Source: Candidatus Latescibacterota bacterium (GTDB lineage: Bacteria > Latescibacterota > UBA2968 > GCA-2709665). From it: a stretch of 64,000 nt of DNA. The DNA lies in NCBI GenBank assembly GCA_965219995.1, contig CBDCOX010000002.1:160001-224000 (forward strand). Direction: 5' to 3'. Of this stretch, positions 58,584 through 64,000 are shown one piece after another (the stretch's first letter is position 1; every line of letters begins with the position of its first letter). Made by a program: the position numbers and the translations under genes. The notes under the pieces were generated by a model. That model saw only the letters and a list, made by a program, of their open reading frames with translations, was not told where the DNA came from and did not search any database.

Positions 58584-59828
58584 ATGGCGGCGGATATGGT
58601 CATCGGAAAGCGGCAGTTGACCGCGCAGATCAAGCGGAAGGCGAACAGGATGGGGTTCGGCCCCGTCGGGGTCGCGCCCGCCGGCCCGCCGGAGCACTGG
58701 GACTTTTTTCTGGACTGGCTGACACGGGGGTATGGCGGTCAGATGGCCTATCTCGGTCGGAATCTCGACCGCAGGTCGCATCCGGGGCAAGTGCTTCCGG
58801 GCGCCAGGAGCGTCCTCTGCGTGGGGATGAATTACGATCAGGAACCAGGCGATCATCCCGTCAACGGGCCGCGGAGGGGCAAGATTTCCAGGTATGCAAG
58901 GGGCGACGACTATCACGACATGATGTCTGCCCGTCTGAAGCGTCTCCTGGAATGGATTCAGGTGCGGGAACCCCGCGCGAAGGGACGGATCTACGTGGAC
59001 ACCGGGCCGGTGCTCGAGCGCGATTTCGCCGCCCGCGCCGGCATGGGATGGTTCGGCAAGCACACCAACCTCATCCACAAGCGCAGAGGGTCGTGGTTTT
59101 TCCTGGGCGAAATCCTGCTGACCATCCCTCTGGTCTACGACCGTCCCGTTGCCGACCATTGCGGGACCTGCACGTTGTGTATGGATGCCTGCCCCACCGA
59201 TGCGATTCCACAGCCCTACGTGCTGGATTCCAATCGATGCATCTCGTATCTGACGATTGAGCTGAAAGGGTCCATTCCAAGGGCGTATCGGGAAAAAGTA
59301 GGAAACTGGATCTATGGATGCGACATCTGCCAGGAAGTCTGCCCGTGGAACCGGAAACACGCCGCCCCGACGACGGAGCCCGCGCTGAAAGCCCGCGATG
59401 GCCTGGACGCGCCCGATCTCTCCGAATTGCTTGCCATGGACCAGGCGGCATTCAGCCGGCGGTTCCGCGGAAGCCCCATCAAACGCGCCAAACGACGCGG
59501 TCTGTTGCGGAACGCCGCCGTGGCCCTGGGCAATCGGGGAAGAGCGGACGATATTCCCGCGCTGTCTGCGGCGCTTTCCGATCCTGAACCCCTTGTGCGC
59601 GGGCATGCGGCATGGGCATTGGGCCGTATCGGCGGTCCCGAGGCCCGCCGCGCGCTTTCGGCGGCCCGCGGCTCCGAGACCGACGCGGCCGTCCGAGAGG
59701 AAATCGGACAGGCGATAAACGAGATCGAACGGGATGGCGAAGAACGGGGACACCGCTGCCTGAAGCAGGAAGTTCCCGTCAAACCGAAGAAGGGCCATCA
59801 TCACGGAGTGCCGCATGCAGCTTCTTGA
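58584..59828 (+). CDS. queG: Epoxyqueuosine reductase with C-terminal HEAT repeat
   Basis: YARGDDYH, VDTGPVLER, CGTCTLCMDACPT, CISYLTIE, GCDICQEVCPWN. Confidence 0.95.
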   Translation: MAADMVIGKRQLTAQIKRKANRMGFGPVGVAPAGPPEHWDFFLDWLTRGYGGQMAYLGRNLDRRSHPGQVLPGARSVLCVGMNYDQEPGDHPVNGPRRGKISRYARGDDYHDMMSARLKRLLEWIQVREPRAKGRIYVDTGPVLERDFAARAGMGWFGKHTNLIHKRRGSWFFLGEILLTIPLVYDRPVADHCGTCTLCMDACPTDAIPQPYVLDSNRCISYLTIELKGSIPRAYREKVGNWIYGCDICQEVCPWNRKHAAPTTEPALKARDGLDAPDLSELLAMDQAAFSRRFRGSPIKRAKRRGLLRNAAVALGNRGRADDIPALSAALSDPEPLVRGHAAWALGRIGGPEARRALSAARGSETDAAVREEIGQAINEIERDGEERGHRCLKQEVPVKPKKGHHHGVPHAAS

Positions 59829-61191
59829 CATCGAACGGCAGCCGGACATTTCCACGGAGGAAGATCTGATTCCGCGCGTTTCCGCGGCGGCGCGGCGGGT
59901 CTATATCGAAACCTATGGCTGCCAGATGAACGTGTCCGACACGGAACTGATGACGGGCGTTCTGAAGAAGGCGGGTTTCCGCACGGCGATCGGCGTTGAA
60001 GATGCGGACGTGGTGCTGTTGAACACCTGCGCCATTCGAGAGCGCGCTGAAGAGCGGGTGGTGGGCCGGCTCTCGCAGCTCAGCCAGGCGAAACGGTCGC
60101 GCCCGGACCTCGTACTCGGCGTGAGCGGATGCATGGCCAAGCACCTTGCCGAACAGCTCCTCAACGAGTTGCCTTACGTGGACCTCGTGGTCGGGCCCGA
60201 TTCCTATCGCCGCCTGCCCGAACTGATCGGTGAAGCGTCCGGGAATCCGGCGCTTGACGTGCGGCTCGACCGCCGCGAGGACTATCTGGAACTGGATCCC
60301 GTACGGCAGGCGGGTACCAACGCCTGGATCACGATCATGCGGGGATGCGACAAGTTCTGCACGTTCTGCATTGTGCCCTATGTCCGCGGTCGGGAGCGGA
60401 GCGTGCCTGCGGCCGACCTGTTGCGCCAGGTCCGGATGGCCGCGTCGGAGGGGTTCCAGGAGGTGACCCTTCTAGGACAGACCGTGAACTCCTATCACGA
60501 CGGAGAAACCGATTTTGCCGACCTCCTGAAGCTGGTGGCCGGTGTGGAGGGAATTCGGCGGATTCGCTTTACGTCGCCGCATCCCAGTGACTTTTCGCCG
60601 AAACTGATCGATACGATGGCAGAGGAGAGGAAAATCTGCCGGTTCATCCATCTGCCGGTACAGTCCGGTTCCGACAGGGTTCTGAAGGCGATGAAGCGGA
60701 CCTATTCCCCCGAAGGGTACATGGACCTGGTCGCACGCCTGCGGGCCGCCCTGCCGGGGCTCTGCCTGTCCACGGACATCATCGTGGGATTCCCGGGTGA
60801 GGAGGATTCGGATTTCGAATCGACCCTGGCGCTGATGCGGCGTGTACGGTACGACTCGGCCTTTATGTTCAAATATTCACCCAGGAAGGGTACGGTGGCC
60901 TACAGGGAGATTCCCGATACGGTCCCGGAGACCGAAAAGGCGCTGAGGCTGGAGGCCGTGATTGCCCGGCAGACGAGGATCTCCGGCGAGATCAACAGGC
61001 GTTACGTCGGAAAGCTGGAGAAGGTGCTCGTCGAGGGCGATGCAAGGCGGGGCAAGGGACAGGCGGTGGGAAAATCAGACGGATTCAAAACCGTGGTGTT
61101 TCCGAGAAGCGGGGTCGGGACGAATACATTCGTGGATGTCAGAATCACCGACGCAACCTCGCACACGTTGATCGGTCATCCCGAAACCTGA
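59815..61191 (+). CDS. miaB: tRNA-2-methylthio-N6-dimethylallyladenosine synthase
   Basis: TYGCQMN, NTCAIRERAE, GCDKFCTFCIVP, TRAM domain. Confidence 0.95.
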   Translation: MQLLDIERQPDISTEEDLIPRVSAAARRVYIETYGCQMNVSDTELMTGVLKKAGFRTAIGVEDADVVLLNTCAIRERAEERVVGRLSQLSQAKRSRPDLVLGVSGCMAKHLAEQLLNELPYVDLVVGPDSYRRLPELIGEASGNPALDVRLDRREDYLELDPVRQAGTNAWITIMRGCDKFCTFCIVPYVRGRERSVPAADLLRQVRMAASEGFQEVTLLGQTVNSYHDGETDFADLLKLVAGVEGIRRIRFTSPHPSDFSPKLIDTMAEERKICRFIHLPVQSGSDRVLKAMKRTYSPEGYMDLVARLRAALPGLCLSTDIIVGFPGEEDSDFESTLALMRRVRYDSAFMFKYSPRKGTVAYREIPDTVPETEKALRLEAVIARQTRISGEINRRYVGKLEKVLVEGDARRGKGQAVGKSDGFKTVVFPRSGVGTNTFVDVRITDATSHTLIGHPET

Positions 61192-61237
61192 GTTGTCGTG
61201 AAGGGCCCGGCAATCGACACCGTGCCGCGACGCCTTT

Positions 61238-62125
61238 ATGATCCTGCAAATCGAAAACCAGAACCCGAGAAAAAACCGGCGGCTGCCGGACTGGTTCCGG
61301 GTACCCGCGCCAGGCAATGCCGGGTACCGGGAATTGAAACGCCTGATGCGGGAACTGGACCTGCACACCGTTTGCGAAAGTGCACGGTGTCCGAATATCG
61401 GCGAATGCTGGGGCGCCGGTACGGCCACGTTTATGATCCTGGGAGACATCTGTACCCGCAGTTGCGGGTTCTGCGCGGTAAAGACCGGTAGGCCGGAGGG
61501 CCTCGATCTGGGAGAACCCGGCAGGGTCGCCGAGGCTGTGCGGCGGCTGGGCCTGAGACATGCCGTCGTGACTTCCGTGAACCGTGACGAATTGCCGGAC
61601 GGAGGAGCGTCGATTTTTGCAGCCACCATCCGGGCGATCCGCCGGTTGCGGCCCGAAACCCGGGTGGAAGTCCTGATTCCGGATTTTCAGGGAAACTGGC
61701 CGGCGCTGGAGACGGTGATGTCCGCCGGCCCCGACATACTGAACCACAATGTGGAAACCCCGCCCAGACTGTACCGCCTGATGCGCCCGCAGGCGAATTA
61801 TACCCGATCTCTCGAACTGCTGAGGCGCGCCCGAAAGGCCGACCCACGTATTGCAACGAAGTCAGGGATCATGGTCGGCGCGGGCGAGAGCGTGGAAGAG
61901 GTGTATCAGACCATCGTCGACATTGCCGAACAGGGAACGGATATTCTCACGGTGGGTCAATACCTGCAGCCTTCGCCGACCCACGTTTCCATTGCCAGAT
62001 TCTACCGTCCGGAAGAATTCCGGAAGATCCGGACTTTTGCGGAAATGCGAGGTTTCCGCCACGTGGAGTCGGGTCCGCTGGTACGGAGTTCCTACCACGC
62101 CGCAAGCCACGTTTCCGCAGGGTGA
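61238..62125 (+). CDS. lipA: Lipoyl synthase
   Basis: [26 protein letters not shown]. Confidence 0.96.
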   Translation: MILQIENQNPRKNRRLPDWFRVPAPGNAGYRELKRLMRELDLHTVCESARCPNIGECWGAGTATFMILGDICTRSCGFCAVKTGRPEGLDLGEPGRVAEAVRRLGLRHAVVTSVNRDELPDGGASIFAATIRAIRRLRPETRVEVLIPDFQGNWPALETVMSAGPDILNHNVETPPRLYRLMRPQANYTRSLELLRRARKADPRIATKSGIMVGAGESVEEVYQTIVDIAEQGTDILTVGQYLQPSPTHVSIARFYRPEEFRKIRTFAEMRGFRHVESGPLVRSSYHAASHVSAG

Positions 62126-62129
62126 GTGC

Positions 62130-62522
62130 GTGTTCAAGTTGAATCTGCGACGTGCGAAAGACCGGCGTGGCGCCGGTCGTTCCGCTCCCGGCGGCTCAGG
62201 CCGACAGCAGCGGTTCTTTCGCGTGGCTTCGATCCGGGAAGTCCCGCCCGGAAAGGGCAAGCTGGTGACGATGATGGGACGTGAAATCGGGCTGTTCAAC
62301 GTGGCCGGCAGAATCGAGGCGCTTGACAACGTCTGCCCCCACAACCAGCGACCCATCGGCACCGAAGGGATCAGCGGCGCCACGCTGACCTGTTTCTGGC
62401 ACAACCTCACATTCGATCTCGAGTCCGGAATCTGTACCGAGGCGCCGCATTTCAAGATCAGGAAATACCCCGTACGTGTCCGGGAGGATGAAATTTACGT
62501 CTCTCCCGATGCCGGGGTCTGA
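62130..62522 (+). CDS. Rieske [2Fe-2S] ferredoxin
   Basis: CPH...CFWH Rieske motif; GTG start tentative. Confidence 0.85.
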   Translation: MFKLNLRRAKDRRGAGRSAPGGSGRQQRFFRVASIREVPPGKGKLVTMMGREIGLFNVAGRIEALDNVCPHNQRPIGTEGISGATLTCFWHNLTFDLESGICTEAPHFKIRKYPVRVREDEIYVSPDAGV

Positions 62523-62544
62523 CGGGTTGCCGGGCGCTTTGGAG

Positions 62545-62573
62545 TTGACTTGAAGGTCGGTGTTCAATACATT
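62545..62573 (+). promoter_or_regulatory. sigma70 promoter
   Basis: TTGACT-17bp-TACATT. Confidence 0.5.
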
Positions 62574-62686
62574 GCCTGTTTCGGCTCCGGGCGGGAAGCC
62601 GCCCGGCCGAAGTCGACTTCCGGCGCCCCGTCCCTGGACAGGACACCGGATTCGGATCGTTCCAGACAACCTCGGAGACCTGGGAA

Positions 62687-64000
62687 ATGGGATCTAGAGA
62701 TCGGCATTGGATAGGCGTCCTGCTGTTTGTGGGCGTCTCGTTCTGGTGTGCGGATGGGCATTGCGGCGAGGCGACGGGCGTGGACCTGCCTCTGATCGGC
62801 GAAGGCGATCTGGCGTTTTTCACGGACACCGCCGGCTTCCAGGCGTCGGTCGGATATACCCGCCAGGAGATTTACGTTCTTCTCGACGCGAGTCAGTTGA
62901 AATTCAGGCGGAAGAGAAAACGGTACGAAGCCGAAATGGAACTGTCCATTTCTCTGACCGACTCGGCCGGCGCGGTCGTCAACGAAGAGACCTGGAAGCG
63001 CAAGGTGTGGGTCGAGAGCGCAGACGACGTGGAAGGCGCCGGACTGCCCTTTCGCGATATGATCGGATTCGATCTGAAGCCCGGCGCCTACCGGATGACG
63101 CTTTCGGTTCGAGACCTCAAGGAAAAAAAGAAAGCGGTGGCCGAAGGAGCGTTGCAGGTTCGGAATTTTGAAGGGCAGACGTTGAAATCCAGCGATCTTC
63201 TGTTCGCAACCGGACTGTCAAAAGCCGAGACCGACAGTCGGTTTTCGCGATACGGCTGGCTGGTGACCCCGAATGTCACGCGGACCTATCCCGCCGGCGG
63301 GGATATCGAAGTCTATTTCGAGATCTATCACCTCTCGCCTCCGGCTGAGGGAGCGGACAATACGTTTCTGCTGGGTTACAGCGTGCTGGATACAGCCGGC
63401 GCCGTGCTTGCGAAGTTTGCCGACCAGCGGTTGATGAAGCCCGGGACCAGCGCCGTCAAGACAGAGATCTTCAACACCGCCGATCTGCCACCGGGCACCT
63501 ACTATCTTCAGGTCGAGGCGCTGGATCGGAGCAACCGCGCGGTACACAGGGAGAAGCGGATGCTCTCGCTGGCCCGGAAGCAGGAAGTTGTCGAATTGAC
63601 CCAGGAGGAACGGGACAACATTCGATTTTACAGAGATATCCGGTATGTCGCCAGGGGTTCGCAGCTCAAGGAATACAAGGAACTGAAGAACCGGCAGGAA
63701 CAGATGATGTTTCTGAAGGTATTCTGGAAGGAACAGGATCCTACGCCGGCCACCGACGAAAACGAACGCCTGATCCAGCACATTCAGCGAATGCGGTTTG
63801 CCGAGAACAACTACGCCGCCAGCCGGGGAAAGCGGGGGTCGGATACGGACAAGGGCCGGGTCTACATCAAATTCGGCGAGCCGAGCGACATCCAATACAA
63901 CCTGGCGGCATCCAACGAAAAACCGTTTGAAGTCTGGACGTACGAAAACCAGCGGGGTGTCCGGTTTATTTTCATGGACCGGCGCGGCGCGGGGGTTTTC
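62687..64000 (+). CDS. GWxTD-domain protein, 3' end outside window
   Basis: Not in ORF track; ATG at 62687, signal peptide, later FWKEQDPTPATDENE...RGSDTDKGRVYIKFGEP. Confidence 0.82.
   Translation, partial: MGSRDRHWIGVLLFVGVSFWCADGHCGEATGVDLPLIGEGDLAFFTDTAGFQASVGYTRQEIYVLLDASQLKFRRKRKRYEAEMELSISLTDSAGAVVNEETWKRKVWVESADDVEGAGLPFRDMIGFDLKPGAYRMTLSVRDLKEKKKAVAEGALQVRNFEGQTLKSSDLLFATGLSKAETDSRFSRYGWLVTPNVTRTYPAGGDIEVYFEIYHLSPPAEGADNTFLLGYSVLDTAGAVLAKFADQRLMKPGTSAVKTEIFNTADLPPGTYYLQVEALDRSNRAVHREKRMLSLARKQEVVELTQEERDNIRFYRDIRYVARGSQLKEYKELKNRQEQMMFLKVFWKEQDPTPATDENERLIQHIQRMRFAENNYAASRGKRGSDTDKGRVYIKFGEPSDIQYNLAASNEKPFEVWTYENQRGVRFIFMDRRGAGVF

Noticed and set aside
63830-63860. GWxTD motif reading GSDTD
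   Set aside because: A single substitution in a family of unknown function; the other motifs are intact and no inference is possible

Overview
A GC-rich bacterial chromosome segment. The gene content (short FCB-type RpoD, GWxTD protein, TonB receptor, several PhyH and Gfo/Idh/MocA genes, heparinase II/III, BMC shell genes) suggests a Latescibacterota/Gemmatimonadota-like organism, but this is inference only. Positions 1-15.3 kb are a co-oriented minus-strand accessory cluster: an ABC ATPase, a DUF6785-like membrane protein, a 1,511-aa M28-like/FtsX fusion, an OPT-like transporter, two bacterial microcompartment (BMC) shell ORFs, a DapA-family aldolase with a BMC-type N-terminal module, a PHP hydrolase and a PhyH dioxygenase. 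tRNA-Phe and a small HTH gene interrupt it. The standout is the shell locus. The two ORFs carry 2 + 4 = 6 non-identical canonical BMC domains and are one nucleotide out of frame, so they may encode a single-chain or heterodimeric asymmetric pseudo-hexamer. Positions 15-29 kb hold sugar/oxidoreductase catabolic genes, tRNA-Val, an SLC12-like transporter, PhyH genes and a heparinase. Positions 28-64 kb are mostly housekeeping: larC, M23 peptidase, rlmN, murA, cca, bpsA-like, cysC, murD, rpoD, folB/folK, panB/panC, sod, rny, nuoI, queG, miaB, lipA. No CRISPR, integrase or transposase was seen. All assignments come from motif recognition by eye; no searches were run.
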